Shown: positions 13,348 through 28,300, numbered from the stretch's first letter. The stretch: DNA of 64,000 bases from Pristiophorus japonicus (GCF_044704955.1 NC_091987.1:77252001-77316000), one strand, 5' to 3'. The notes: generated from the sequence alone by a model not told the origin. Made by a program: numbers and translations.

Positions 13348-16300
13348 GTAAGTCATTTATCATTATATTTAACTGTTGAGTTTCAAGGGAACCATAAATT
13401 GTATATTTGTTATATATAGAGGGATAGTGTTACAATGCATAGGACTCCAGGTCACTCCATGCCATTAATGTAATTCTTCCTCGTATACATAGGTCTAAAA
13501 CTGTATGGGGAGCAAATCAGTCAACCCTATTCCAGTGATGCATGTGCAGTATGCTTGGAGTTCCAGTGTGTGCCATGGTCTAGATGTAGATGTATCAATG
13601 TGCTGTAGCATTGAGTGGTAGGACACAGCATCCATGATTTCCCACCCAAGAAGTTTCCAGACTGAATACCATGCAGACTAGGAAATTGCCCAGGGGGTGG
13701 GCTCTCAAGTTATTTTGGTAATCTAACTTTACACAGCAAAAACATTTAAAATTGAACAAGTAACAAACTCGCTCACAGGAGCTCCATGGATAGGCACACA
13801 ATGTGAACATGCCCCTAGAGATATAAGGCATTATTTTTTAAATGAGATACATTTTTCTTTTTTTCTCTATTGCAGCAAGAATTATTAGAGCTGGACCTTT
13901 TGTTTTCCTTAGAATGAGACATCCGTGGCCTTAACTAGCACAGAAAGAACATTTATCCCTCACAGATTAACACTACATTTGTTTAAAAACAAGTAGTGGG
14001 AAGATTGTCCATTCACCTATGGGATCATGATGTTCCCTTCCTGGTGCAGATCATAAAAATTTGACAAGTTAGCACACAAAGGACTGCATAATCATTCCAC
14101 GATGATTAGCACATTAATTTTACCACTTTACTATAGAAATAGCACTAGTGTCAATAAAAATAATATTTAGTCCTTAGCTCCTTATGGTTTCTCTTGCTTG
14201 CAAGTCCAATTATGGCATTTATTTATTACCATTCACAAATAAATTAATATTTGGAGACTTTTCTAACATTTTTGTTGAAAAATGTCCTGTGCACACAATA
14301 CATTGTTGATGCAGGATATCTGTGTATGCATGCACTTGTTTTTGTAATTTCCCAATTCATTTTTAAAATTATCCTTTCAACACTCCACGGGCCACACATG
14401 AACTGGGTTGAAAGGGCAAACAGGTGACCTCTTGCCTCTTATGCTGGCTGTGGCGAGTAGTAGGAAAATGCTCTGATTGAAATAAAGTTTCAGATTCCCT
14501 CCACCACCTTTTGGAAAAGTGCATGAGTAGCACCTTCCCACTTGAGCAAGGCTGAGATTGGTAACTATTGGCAACTATATGGGAGACTGTGGATGTCTTG
14601 ATACAGGTTTCTCATCGCACAAAGGCAAACTGAAAAACCTGGTTTGTAATTTCTTGTAGTGTGGGAATTCTGTTGGTTATTCTTATCAGTAATATATTGG
14701 GAGCAGGCAATGGGATTGAAAAATGAAATTCATTTTTGCAAAATGTCCTTTATTTTGTTTTCAAAGCTGACCAAGGTAAAAAGTAAACCTGAAGATAGTC
14801 CTGCAGACCAACCGAATATAGATGACCAATATCAAGTAAGTATATTTTATTGAATTGGTTACATTTAAACTGTTGCTGTGTTGTCCAATTTATTAGATCT
14901 GACACCCTGTGACATAAGAACATAAGAAATGGGAGGAGTAGGCCATTTGACCTCTCGAGCCTGCTCCACTATTCAATAGGATCATGGCTGATCTGATCAT
15001 GGACTCCGTTCCACTTCCTGCTCACTCCACATAGCCCTTTATTCCCTCATAAATCTGTCTATCTCCAACTTAAATATATTCAATGATTCAGCCTTCACAG
15101 CTTTCAGGGCAGAGAAATTCCTCCTCATCTCAGTTTTAAATGGGCGACCCCTTATTCTGAGACTATGCCACCTAGTTTTAGTTTCCACTATGAGTGGAAG
15201 TATCCTCTCTGCATCCACCTTGTCGAGCCCCCTCATTATCTTATATGTTTCGATAAGATCACCTCTCATTCTTCTGAGCTCCAATGTGTATAGTCCCAAC
15301 CTATCTTTATAAGTCAACCCCCTCATCTCCAGATTCAACCTAGTGAACCTTGTCTGGACTGCCTCCAATGCAAGTATATCCTTCCTTAAATAGAGACCAA
15401 AACTGCAGGCAGTACTCCAGGTTTGGCCTCACCAATACCCTGTATAGTTGTAGCAGGACTTCTCTGCTTTTATACTCTATCCCCCTTGCAATAAAGGCCG
15501 ACATTCCATTTGCCTTCCTGATTACTTGCTGTACCTGCATATACTCACTTTTTGTGTTTCATGCACAAGGACCCCCAGGTCCCTCTGTACTGAAGCACTT
15601 TGCAATTTTTCTCCATTTAAATTAGAATTTGCTTTTCTATTTTTTCTGCCAAAGTGGATAACCTCACATTTTCCCACATTATACCCCATGCACCAAATTT
15701 TTGCCCACTCACTTAGCCTGTCTATATCCCTTTGCAGATTTTTTGTGTCCTCACAATTTGCTTTCCCATCCATCTTTGTATCATCAGTAAACTTGGCTGC
15801 ATTACACTCAGTCCCTTCATCCATGTAATTAATATAGATTGTAAATAGTTGAGGTCCCAGCACTGATCCCTGCGGCACCCCACTAGTTACTGTTTGCCAA
15901 CCGGAGAATGACCCATTTATACCGACATAGTGAAAAAATTGTTTGCACCACTACTGAAGGTCTAAAGCTTGTGTACTGAGGTGTACACTGAGGTGGTCAG
16001 TGTCCAGTTGCTGGTCATCCACAAATCACTCATCTTTTCTGCAAATGGTACTCACTATTTTGGAGATGGGTCTGGATGAATGTAGGACAAATGCATGTTC
16101 AGACCATCATTGGCAATATTTGGCAGCGAAATTAATTAGACGAAAGGTAACAAAGGTTAACAAATACAAATCCATTTTCTTGGAAGAAGCCAGAAATAGA
16201 TTTATATCTTTCACTGTTTACCCTCTCTCTACCAATAAAAATCTCCTCACAAATCCCCATCCCATTACTGTTTGAATCTCTGAAATGGCTGAAGCGTTTT

Positions 16301-19300
16301 GGCAACACAGTAATAACAGAGTGAAACTGTCCTTTTTCACTCCCGTAGGTGTGCGGTCTTTTATCCTTAGAGTCTTGGGGGAGTGAGGAGGAAATTCATA
16401 CCAGAGATTTAAACATTTTTTTTTTAATCTTTGCATATAGGGATGTGTGATTTAATAATTGTAAGTTGTTAATGATCAGTCGCAGTTGAGACTGAAATTT
16501 TCTGAAAATCATTGATGTAAAAGCTTAAGACATAATGTGGAGGAATAGTTCAATGTTGACACTTTAAAATAAATTGAATTTCATTTAGTTTAGTTGGAGA
16601 AGTACAAAAGTATTCTGTACATTTCTCAAATTCTTCAATGTGCTCAGCATTCAAATTTGACAAAGTATAATTCTGTATGATAGAAAGCCTTGCAGAGGAG
16701 CTTCATAATGGTTGAAACTATGGGGGCGTTTAATGTTTCAGGGGCATATCGGGCAGGATGTCCACCTCACTGGGAGGCCTGATCAATTTTTGTAATCAGG
16801 CATCATTAACAAGTAGTCAGTGAGCTGCCAGTGCTAACTGTGCTCCTTATAGGCAGCTCACCGATTGGGAAGGCAGGAAATCCAGCTGATCTTGATAAGC
16901 CTATGGCAGCATCTTAAAGAGGAGCATTTTATATTCTCATCTACATACTGCCCCTCAGCGAAATCATTTGAAAATACGTCAGTTTCCACATGTACGCTGA
17001 CGACAGCCAGCTGTATCTCACCACCACCACCACCGCTCTCGACCCCGCCACGGTTTATAAATCGTTAGATTGCTTGTCTGACATCCAGTACTGGATGAGC
17101 AGAAATTTCTTCCAAATAAATATTGGGAAGACCGAAGCCATTGTCTTGGGTCCCCACTACAAACTCTGTTCCCTAGCCACCAACTCTATCCCTCTCCCTG
17201 GCAACTAAACCAGATTATTTGCAACCTTGGTGTAGTATTTGGCCCCGAGATGAGCTTCTGACCACATATCCATGCCATCACTATGACGACCTATTTCCAC
17301 CTCCATAACATCGCCCTACTTCACCCATGCTTCAGCTCATCTGCTGCTGAAGCCCTCATCCATACCTTTATAACCGCTAGACTTGACTAGTCCAACGCAC
17401 TTCTGGCTGGCCTCCCATCTTCCACCCTCGGTAAACTTAAGCTCATCCAAAACTCTGCTGCCCGAGTCCTAATTTGCACCATGTCCCGTTCACCCATCAC
17501 CCCTGTGTTCACTGACCTACATTGGCTCCCAGTTAAGCAATGCCTCGATTTTAAAATTCTCATCCAGGTTTTCAAATTCCTCCATGGCCTCGCCCCTCCC
17601 CATCTCCATAACCTCCTCCAGCCTTACAATCCTCCGCGATATCTGTGCCCCTCCAATTCTGGCCTCTTGCACATCCTCAATTTTAATCCCTTCACCATTG
17701 GTGGCTGTGCCTTAAGCTGCCTGGGCTCTCCCTAACCCTCTCTGTCTCTCTACCTCTCTTTCCTCCTTTAAGACGCTCCTTAAAAACCACCTCTTTGACC
17801 AAGCTTCTGCCCCAATCTCTCATGCGGCTCAGTGTCAAATTTGACAACGCTTCCATGAAGCGCCTTGGGACATTTTACTATGATAAAGGTGCTATATAAA
17901 TACAAGTTGTTGTTGTTATAGTGGCAGCACCAACCACAGCAAGGAAATAAATATTGGAATTGCTTAAGGCTCAAAATACACAAACATGGAGGTACACATG
18001 ACACGACTGATGCGTTAATTAATCACAGGACATTTGCCCACTGTTTGCAATGTTTTTGCATTTACCTTTCCTGGGTTGGGAGGGTTGTCTTATAAAAAGA
18101 AAATAAAGACTTGCATTTATATAGCACCTTTCATGGCCACCAGATGTCTCAAAGCACTTACAGCCAATGAAGTACTTTTGGAGTGTAGTCACTGTTGTAA
18201 TGAGGGAAACGCGGCAACCAACTTGCACACAGCAAACTCTCTCAAACAGCAATGTAATGACCAGATAATCTGTTTTTATGTTGATTGAGGGATAAATATT
18301 GTCCAGGACATCGGGGATAACTCACCTGCTCTTCATCGAAATAGTGCCATAGGATCTTTTACGTCCACCTGTGAGGGCAGACGAGGCCTCAGTTTAACGT
18401 CTCATCCGAAAGACGGCAATTCCGACAGTGCAGCACTGCACTGAAGTGTCAGCCTAGATTTGTGTGCTCAAGTTCCTGGAATGGGACTTGAACCTACAAC
18501 CTTCTGCCTCAGAGGCGAGTGAGCTACCCACTGAGCCACAGCTGACACTGAGAGATCGAGTAGATTGGGCCTATAAGCACTGGAGTTTAGAAGAATGAGA
18601 GGTGATCCCATTGAAACATAAGATTCTGAGGGGGATTGACCGGGTAGATGTTGAGAGATTCTTTCCCCTGGCTGGAGTGTCTAAAACTAGGAGGCAAAGT
18701 CTCAGGATAAGGGGCCAGCCTTTTAAGACGGAGATGAGCAGGAATTTCTTTACTCAGAAGGTTGTGAATCATTGGAATTCTCTGCCCCAGAGGGCTGTGG
18801 ATGCTCAGTCATTGAGTATATTCAAGGCTGGGATAGATGTTTGGACTCCAGAGGAATTAAGCGATTTGGGAATGGGGCAGTAAAGTGGCATTGAGGTAGA
18901 TGATCAGCCATGATCTTATTGAATGGCGGAGCAGGCTCGAAGGGCAGTATGGCCTACTCCTGCTCCTAATTCTTATGTACCTTAGTATCACCAAGCCTTG
19001 AATAAAATTTGACTTTTTGTTTTAATAGCGAAATTAGTAACAATTTATCAAAGAAAGAACACAAAGATTTAAGGATAAGTAATGTTCAAATAAAAACTAC
19101 GTGATGTTTCTACAGCATCATTGTGTGCGCACATATCGCAACCGCAATGAGAAACACCAAGTACATTCTATTGATTCAACAAAATAATCATCGATAAGTA
19201 ATTTCTAATTAAAGTTTTTATACAATTTTAGAGTTTTTACAATACACATCAAGTTTAAAAAAATAGTAAATAAAGCCAAAACTACACCCAATTCCATTCA

Positions 19301-22300
19301 CAGACGACCACAGCTACTCTTTCTCCTCTTCCCCCCCCCACCCCCCACCCTCAATTTGTGTTGCTCTCTCACTCCCTTCCCCACTTTGTCTTGCACTCTC
19401 TCTCTCCCTCCAGCAGTTTATTTCTCTCTCCCTCCCGCCATTTGTGTTGCTCTCTTTCCGTCTCGCAGGTTGTGTCATTTTCTCTCTCCCCTATATTCTG
19501 TTTCTGTCTCTCTCTCTCTCTCTCTCTCGCTCTTCCCCTCCCTCCCTCCCCCAGTTTGTGCTGTTCTCTCGCTCTCTCCCTTTCCCAGTTGCTCTCTCTG
19601 GACTCAGTTTCCAGGTGATTTTCATTGGCGCTGATGCCACCATCTTCACAACCAGCAATGAAGCAATGCATTCCAAATAGCGGGGGACCAGCAGCCACTG
19701 CGGTTTGATTGGAAGCCACAACAGCTGGGGCACTGCGCATGCGTGAACCATGTACTCATGGACCGTTTCGCCCATCGCCAGCAGCAGTGCTCAGGAGACC
19801 AATCGCCCATTCCGGTGGACTCCTGCCCAAAGCTGGAGGGTTGGAAACCCTACACTGAGCGCCAGACTGACTTCCAGCTTTCCCTTACTGCAGCTAGGGA
19901 TCCTTTCAAATACCGCTGGAAACGGCCACCTCCTGCCCCATACCACCAGTAGTTTGTGTGTGGGTTGAGGAACTGGTGATAGCAATGAGGGTAGAGACAA
20001 AGATTACACCCGAGTGTTAACTTCATCTTTTGACAATTATTTGCATATATTAATGAAGCCCTTGCCTGTTTCCAGAAAGAGCTTTGGCCACCTAAAGTCG
20101 AGGTGTGCCTGAAAATTGGAATGGCCGGTCAGCCAGCAGTAAATTGGTGGGTTAATCCTCCACATATTATTGGTCCCACGATCATTCGCCTTTTAGACAT
20201 AAATCACCCCCTATAATTGCAGTGTTCTCAGTTATACCACCAGGATATAGTTCACTGTGTGTAAAGAAAAAATATTTTTTAAGCTGTCATCGTAAATCTC
20301 TTCAGTTTAGTAAGAGGCCCACCTTCCAGCAAGAACGTCTGGCTTCCTAAGATTAAAAGTTGTTTTCCTAGTCTGCAGCTGAGGCAGTGAAAAGGGATAT
20401 CACCAAGGTCCAGGTCGGTGATTGGAGCGTGGGCAGGTACTGCAGGAGCAGTGAGGTCGGGGCTAAGGAGCGGCGAGAGATTTTAGAGGGACGTGATCGG
20501 GGCCGAGGAGAGGCGCAAGTTTGGGGCCCAGGAAAGGTGAGGGCCCAGGGGCAGCATGGGCCAGCCCACACTGCAAAATGTGTGCGCACTAGGTCCGTTC
20601 AGCAGAGCTGGTCTCGTCGTCTTGGTTAATCCTTGCCACTGGACCAAGACCTAGCTCTGACAAACTCACACGTTAAAAAAAATCCACACACAGGCATCTT
20701 CCACCCTTCAAGATTTAGTTCTGGACCTGGAATTTTAGGTCCTTCATTGAAACATCTGTGAACTTCTTGACGTGGCAGCAAGTCATCCTCGATTCGAGGG
20801 ACTGCCTATGATAATGAGTTCTATCAAATCAGACAAGAGTCACAGATTAAAAATATTTGGAGCAATCTAGACTACAACAGTAAAGAACTATGTTGCAATT
20901 CAGGATTCAAGACACATGGTTTGCAGTCTTTTGATTAGAAAGCACAGACATGTGCAATGTTAAATAAGGAAATAATAGCCTCAATTCCAGATTGGTTATT
21001 GATTACAGTTTTAAAACTTTTTTAAAAGTTAGTTCATATCCAAGTTTGCTGATGATACAAAGCTAGGTGGGAATGTAAGTTGTGAGGAGGATACAAAGAG
21101 GCTTCAAGGGGATATAGACAGGCTAAGTGAGTGGGCAAGAACATGGCAAATGGAATATAATGTGGAGAAATGTGAAATTATCCACTTTTGGTAGGAAAAA
21201 TAGAAAAGCAGAGTATTTTTGAAATGGTGAGAGATTGGGACATGGTGGTGTTCAGAGGGACCCGAGTGTCCTGTACACGAATCCCAAAGTTAACATGCAG
21301 GTACAAGAAATTAAGAAAGCAAATGGTACGTTGGCCTTTATTACAAGAGGATTTGAGTATAAGAGTAAAGATGTCTTACTGCAATCAGATCATAGGTAGT
21401 CCCTCGGAATCGAGGAAGACTTGCTTCCACTCTTAACATGAGTCCTTAGGTGGCTGTACAGTCCAATACGCGAACCACAGTCCCTGTCACAGGTGGGACA
21501 GACAGTCGTTAAGGGAAAGGGTCGGTGGGACTGGTTTGCCGCACGCTCTTTTCGCTGCCTGCACTTGATTTCTGCATGCTCTCGGCAACGAGACTAAAGG
21601 TGCTCAGCGCCCTCCCAGATGCGCTTCCTCCACTCAGGGCGGTCTTTGGCCAGGGACCCCAGATGTTAGTGGGGATGTTGCACTTTATCAGGGAGGCTTT
21701 GCGGATGTCCTTGTAACGTTTCCGCTGCCCACCTTTGGCTCGTTTGCCGTGTAGGAGTTCCGAGTAGAGCGCTTGCTTTGGGAGTCTTGTGTCTGGCATG
21801 CGAACAATGTGGCCTGCCCAGCGGAGCTGATCACGTGTGGTCAGTGCTTCGATGCTGGGGATGTTGGCCTGGTCGAGGACGCTAATGTTGGTGCGTCTGT
21901 CCTCCCAGGAGATTTGTAGGATCTTGCGGAAACATCGTTGGTGGTATTTCTCCAGTAACTTGAGATGTCTACTGTATACGGTCCACGTTTGAGCCATACA
22001 GGAAGGCGGGCATTACTACAGCCCTGTAGACCATGAGCTTGGTGGCAGTTTTGAGGGCCTGGTCTTCAAACACTCTTTTCCTTAGGCGGTCGAAGGATTC
22101 ACTGGTGCACTGGAGATGGTGTTGGATCTCATAGTCAATGCCTGCTCTTGTTGATAGAAGGGTCCAGAGATATGGTAAGTGGTCTACGTTGTCCAGGGCC
22201 GCGCCGTGGATCTTGATGACTGGGGGACAGTGCTGTGCGGTAAGGGCAGTCTGATGCAGGACCTTTGTCTTGCTGATGTTTAGCTTAAGGCCTATGCTTT

Positions 22301-25300
22301 CGTACGCCTCAGTAAATATGTTGACTATGTCCTGGAGTTCAGCTTCTGTCTGTGCAGACGCAGGCGTCGCCCACGTACTGTAGTTCAACAACAGAGGTTG
22401 AGGTGGTCTTGGACCTGGCCTGGAGACGGCGAAGGTTGAACAGGTTCCCACTGGTTCTGTAGTTTAGTTCCACTCCAACGCGGAGCTTGTTGACTGTGAG
22501 GTGGAGCATGGCAACGAGGAAGATCGAGATTGATGCAGCCCTGTTTGACCCTGGTTCGGACATGGATTGGGTTTGTAATGTATCTGTTGGCAAGGACCAC
22601 GGCCTGCATGTCGTCGTGGAGCAGGCGGAGGATGGTGCCGAACTTTTGGGGGCATCCGAAACGGAGGAGTACACTCCATCGACCCTTGCTGTTGACCGTG
22701 TCAAAGGCCTTTGTAAGGTCGAAGAAGACTATGTATAAGGGCTGGTGCTGTTCCCTGCAGCTGTTGCACTGCAAAAATCATGACCGCTGTGCCCCTTAGG
22801 GGACGAAATCCGCACTGTGACTCTGGGAGGAGTTCCTCAGCCACGGGGAGAAGACGGTTGAGGAGGACTCTAGCGACGACTTTCCCAGTGGCTGATAACA
22901 GGGAGATTCCTCTGTAGTTACCGCAGTCGGACTTGTCCCCGTTTTTAAACATGATCATGATCACTGCATCTCTAAGATCACCCGACATGCTCTCTTCCCT
23001 CCAGATCAGAGAAAGGAGTTCATATATGCGCGCCAGTAGTGCCTCTTTGCCATACTTGTGTCTCAGCAGAGATTCCACCCGCTCCCGAAGCCTTGTTGTT
23101 CTTAAGCTGTCTTATGGCTTTTTCTACCTCCTGCAGAATTGGGGTTTTACTGAGGTGGTGGCGGATAGTATGCTGTGGGATGGAATTAAGAACGCTCGAG
23201 TCAAAGGCAGAGTCTCGGTTGAGATCTTCGAAGTGCTCCTTCCAGCGGGCCCCAACTGCCTCGGTGTCTTTGAGTGTTTCCCCGTTCTTGGCCAGCAGTG
23301 GGGTGGGGCCTTGGGTGTCTGGACCGTAAGTGGCCTTGACTGCGATGAAGAATCCTCGCACATCATGGCTGTCGGCCAGCTGCTGTATCTCCTGTGCTTT
23401 CTCCATCCACCACCTGTTCTTTAGGTCCCGGGTTTTTTGTTGGACCTCAGCCTTGAGGCGTCTTCAATGCTGCTTTGTTGCTCTGTTGCTTGAGGCTCAG
23501 AAATGCCCTGCCATTGCAATCAATTAGCTCTTGGATCTCCTGATCATTCTTATCAAACCAGTCCTGGTGTTTCCTGGCTGAGTGACCGAGCGTCTCCTTG
23601 CAGGCACTGGTTATGGAGGCCTGGAGGGCAAACCAAGCGCTGTGGGCATTCTGCGTCTCGGGGTCATCAAGGCATGCCAGGTTAGCTGAGAGTAGCTGAC
23701 TGTATAGGGCTCTCTTAGCTGGGTCTTTAACTGTCCTGGCATTGACTTTTTTGCGACACTGTTTCGGCTGCTCCCTCCACTTTGGGGCTATGTTGATGTC
23801 AATGATGGATTGGATTAGGCGGTGGTCCGTCCAGCAGTCGTCAGCTCTGTCATGGCGTGGATGATGCGCAAATCCTTGCGATCCCTGGCTCGGACAATGA
23901 CATAGTCGAACAGGTGCCAGTGTTTGAAGCAAGGGAGTTGCCACGATGCCTTGTATTTGTCCCTCTGGTGGAACAAGGTGTTGGCGATGACAAGTTCATG
24001 TTCTAGACATTTTGTCAGGATTAGGGTACCTATGGATTTGGCTTTCCTTACCCCCTCTCTGCCAATCACACCTCCCTAGAGGACTGTGCCTTGCCGACCC
24101 TGGCGTTGAAGTCACCGAGGAGGATCAGTTTGTCGTCCGCGGGGACGCGGGACAGGGATTTTGGGAAGTTGGAGTAGAAACCCTCTTTGGTCTCATCTGT
24201 TGCATCGAGTGTATGCACTGATGACTGTGGCGCATTGATTCCGGAATAGGGCGAGTTGAAGAGTTATGAGGCGATCGTTAACCACGCAGGGGAAGTCTTT
24301 GAGGCTGTCGATCAGCTCGTTTTTGATGGCGAAGCCGACTCCGTGGAGGCGGCGTTTTTCCTCTGGTTTCCCTTTCCAGAAGATGGTGTAACCTCCACCT
24401 TGTTCCTTGACTTGGCCTTGCCCTGCCCGCCAGGTCTTGCTTAGGGCGGTGATGTCGATCTCAAAGCGTCCAAGTTCCCGGGCAACTATGGCGGTACGGC
24501 GTTCCGGCCTGTCGCTGTTGGAGTTGTCCTTGAGGGTCCTGACGTTCCAGGTCCCGAACTTCATGTTAGAGGAGTGGAAGATGCCTGTGCAGGAGTTCTT
24601 TTAACATGGGGTGGCCGTTGCTCACTGGCTACCACATGGGCTTAGCTGAGCAAGGTCTTGATCCAGTGGCAAGGGAGTCCAAGACGATTGGAGACTGCTA
24701 TATGGGCCTAATTGCCTACGGCGAGATGTTGGCCGCAGGCTCGGCCCTGAGTAGCTCCCTTGATGGTAGATGGTCCGAGACTTGGCTGGGGGCAGGGTCA
24801 GTGGCCCACTGGGGTCGGGGGGGGGGTCACAGCCATGATGCTCACCACGTGCTGGAGGAGGGGAAGAGCTCCTATCGTCGCTGAAGGAGGCGGTCACCTG
24901 TGGGGAAGGAGGCGGAGTGAAGTCCTACCATCACTGGAGGAGTGAAGGCCTGGTTGGAGGCTCACTTGCTTGCCAAGCGTCGTCGTGGATCAAGGATCCC
25001 CGGTCGTCGTCAATGATGGGTGGGGTGGTGTGGTGGCAAGCCTGAGTTGGCCCAATCTTGTGGGATTCGCAGGCTTGGGTTTAACGTAGGGGTTTAAGTG
25101 TTTAAGACCCCCTATTAGGGTCTATTAGGCCTAGGGAAAGTTTAGTCAGTGGGAGGGGGGAGGCCGAGGGTGGAAAGTTACCGGATGGTAGCAGATGGTG
25201 GTTGTTCAGCAGGAGAGCTCCCTAGGCTGCCACCCTATGGCACAGTGTGTACAGTTTTGGTCTCCCTACCAAAGGAAGGATATATTTTCCATTGAGGGAG

Positions 25301-28300
25301 TGCAATGAAGGTTCACCAGACTGATTCCTGGAATGGGGGGGGGGGGGGGGGGATTGTCCTATGAGGAGAGATTGAACAGACTAGGCCTATATTCTCTAGG
25401 GTTTAGAAGAATGAGAGGTGATCTCATTGAAACATACAAAATTCTTACAGGGCTTGACAGGGTAGATGCAGGGAGGATGTTTCCCTTGGCTGGGGAGTCG
25501 AAAACCAGGGGTCACAGTCTCAAAATAAGGGGTCGGCAATTTAGGACTTTTGAGATGAGGAGAAATTTCTCCACGCGGAGGGTGGTGAATCATTGGCATT
25601 CTCTACCCCAGAGGGTTGTGGAGATTCAGTCTTTGAGTATATTCAAGACAGAGATCAATAGATTTTTTGGCTATTAAGGGAATCAAGGGATATGGAAATA
25701 GGGCAGGAAAGTGGAGTCGAGGTAGAAGATCACCATGATCTTGAATGGTGGAGCAGGCTTCAAAGGGCCAAATGGCCACCTCCTGCTTTTAATTCATATG
25801 TTCATGTCTGGATCGCTCCAAAACAAGTCCCACTGACCTGTTCTTGTATCTTCCTCAAATATTTATCTAATTTTCCTTTAAAAGATGCAATGGTCTCTGC
25901 CTCAACCATTCCCTGTGGCAAAGCATTCCATCCTCCAACTAACCTGTCTAAGGTAGTTTCTTGCTTTTTTTAATGTTAATTTTAAATTGATAGCCTCTCA
26001 TCAGTGATTCATCAACCAAAGGAAATAGTCTTTCCCTATTCACTCAAAACCAACCCTTCATCATTTTAAAAACCTTTACTAAATCTCCAATGCTCCAATA
26101 ATGTTTTGACACAGGGGAGTATCTGTTACCAGTGGGATAAATCTGTTTCCCACATGAGCTATGCTGAATGATACAAGTAGTTTGGTACAAATTAGTGTTG
26201 AACTACGGGCGGTTTTGTGATCTGCACTTGTATCCACTAAGTGACTTGAGGTTGACCAAACTAATTTCACTTTTATTTGATTAGGTGGGTGTCTGATGCA
26301 GAAATCAATTACAACACTTAACAGTCTCCAAACCAAATTGCTGACAAGTCCACGAGTAATTTCCCTTTGCCTGATGTGCACACATTTTCCAATAAGGACA
26401 CACCTCATTTATGCAAACTCCATTCCCATCTGCCATGGCCAGCCACGTCATCCTGGAGTTAATTCAACCCTAAAGAGTCTCTGTTTACCTAGTGTTAATG
26501 AGGAAAGTCATTAGACAGCTGACAGGCCCTTGATAGACAGACAGCAGGTACCAGGAACTCTCAAGTGGCACATTGAGCAGCACAATTCACTGCAAATTCT
26601 ACACCTGGATTGTGAGCATCTTCCCACTGCATGGCACAAATCATTGTTCCAACAGTTAAAAATTAGGAACTTGAATAGTAACTGCAGTGTCTCTGCAACC
26701 CAATCACCGTAGGCACCAAACCCTGAACATATGAGCATGTGTCTTCATGTGCCGCAGCTAAAACCTTCCCGTGGTGTTGTCTCAAGTCATCTGATATGTA
26801 TTGTACTTGTATAATTGGTAAATGAACACTAGATGGCTCACTAATGGGAGCAAGTGTTTTGTAGCAACTGCACTCCAAGGTCTCATCTTATATTGAATGC
26901 TATGTCTAGAAAGAATGTTCCAGAGTCTGAAATAAAAGTATCCATTACATTACCACAACTATCAGATGCAACAAATGGTGACCAGGATAACGGGCAATAT
27001 GTTAAGATCAAATTTGGACATCTTTTTTACTTAGGCAGTGATCAACCTCATCCCTGCAATTTGTTTAATATTTCAGCATTAGTTGGAATAATTAAAAAGT
27101 ATCGTTCTGGGGTCGAGCTGGAGTGAGTTTGTAGAAAGTCCATTTTTATTTTGAGGCAAACAACAGATGTTGAAAAGCAGGCAGTTTTGGTTACCTGCAA
27201 CAAATACATTAATTAAGAATGTGATTGGTCTTTAGGCAGGGCAGAAACAAACATGGTGCAAGTGGCCAAAGAGCATCCGAGCCCAAAGCCACACATTATT
27301 GCAGACTGGTTCCCGTTTAACCGGAGGAAGCAAAGGGATGATGAAAATGATTGAATTCGGGCGAGTGGCACAGCTGCTTTGCTGTGCCTGTTTCAGGCAG
27401 AGTTCTAAAGTTACCCCAGCGGCCACCTTAAGGATTCTGTGAGAGTGTGAATTTGTCTCAAATTACAGGCACTCAAGGAACTGGGGCTGCTGAAATTAAT
27501 TTCACATTCTTTACAGCCAGCAGAGGAATTGCGCACTCATCATTGTGGAGCTGAATCCAAATTCAGCCACAGAGGTGAAAAGATGGTGTGCTAACCTCTG
27601 TACCACCCAATTCACCCCAAGACTATTTTAGCTGAATTTATTACAGCCTTTTCTCACCGAGACTGAATTTATTTTAATCCCTGCATTTGCATTTTGTAAT
27701 TCTTTGACATAGCAAAAATCATGCTCTGTATTTCCTTCTTGCAGGAAAATAGTTAAATCATTTTGAAAGGTAGCTGAAATTTTTCCATAAAGAAAAACAT
27801 AATTCTAGAAAAGAAATACAAATTCAAAGAGCGAGTTAATAAAACACACCGGGATGAGAATTGCTTTGCTCAGTGTGCAGCTACGTCATCAATGTATTCA
27901 AAAATGTCACTACACGCAACGAGCAGACACATAGGGTTGGGATTTTTGGGTTTGGGGGGTTTTCAGCGAAAACGGTAGCGATATGTGAAATTCAAAAAAA
28001 CATTAGCAAGACCCTTAATTAACTAATCACTGCAAAAAAAGACCTTTAATTTACCCTTTTTTGCAGGTTTTCGTACTTGCCGCTGCTGGCAGGGCTGCAC
28101 TGACACGTTTTGTTGCTGTTCTGGACGCAGTATACGGGTCAGCAGAGTGCCGAAACTCAGACAGTAACACAATCCATATCGTTACATGTCTGGCACAGCT
28201 CTCCCCCGCGGTAAATCCCATCACCAGCGCAAACAACGAGCGGAGGATCTCACCCGGGCTTTGCGACCGGGTTTTCGCAGCGAAAACCCGGTCGCAAACC

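Noticed and set aside
13225-13419. Single-exon ORFs around exons 2, 3 and 4 as listed in the ORF track
   Set aside because: Their N- and C-terminal extensions are intron read-through past clear splice sites
14773-14781. Cryptic donor AAG|gtaaaa inside exon 3
   Set aside because: It would give a 9-nt exon and is weaker than the gtaagt donor at 14836
19356-19775. Overlapping Leu/Ser- and Arg/Glu-rich ORFs (also 8415-8684)
   Set aside because: Artefacts of CT/GA low-complexity sequence
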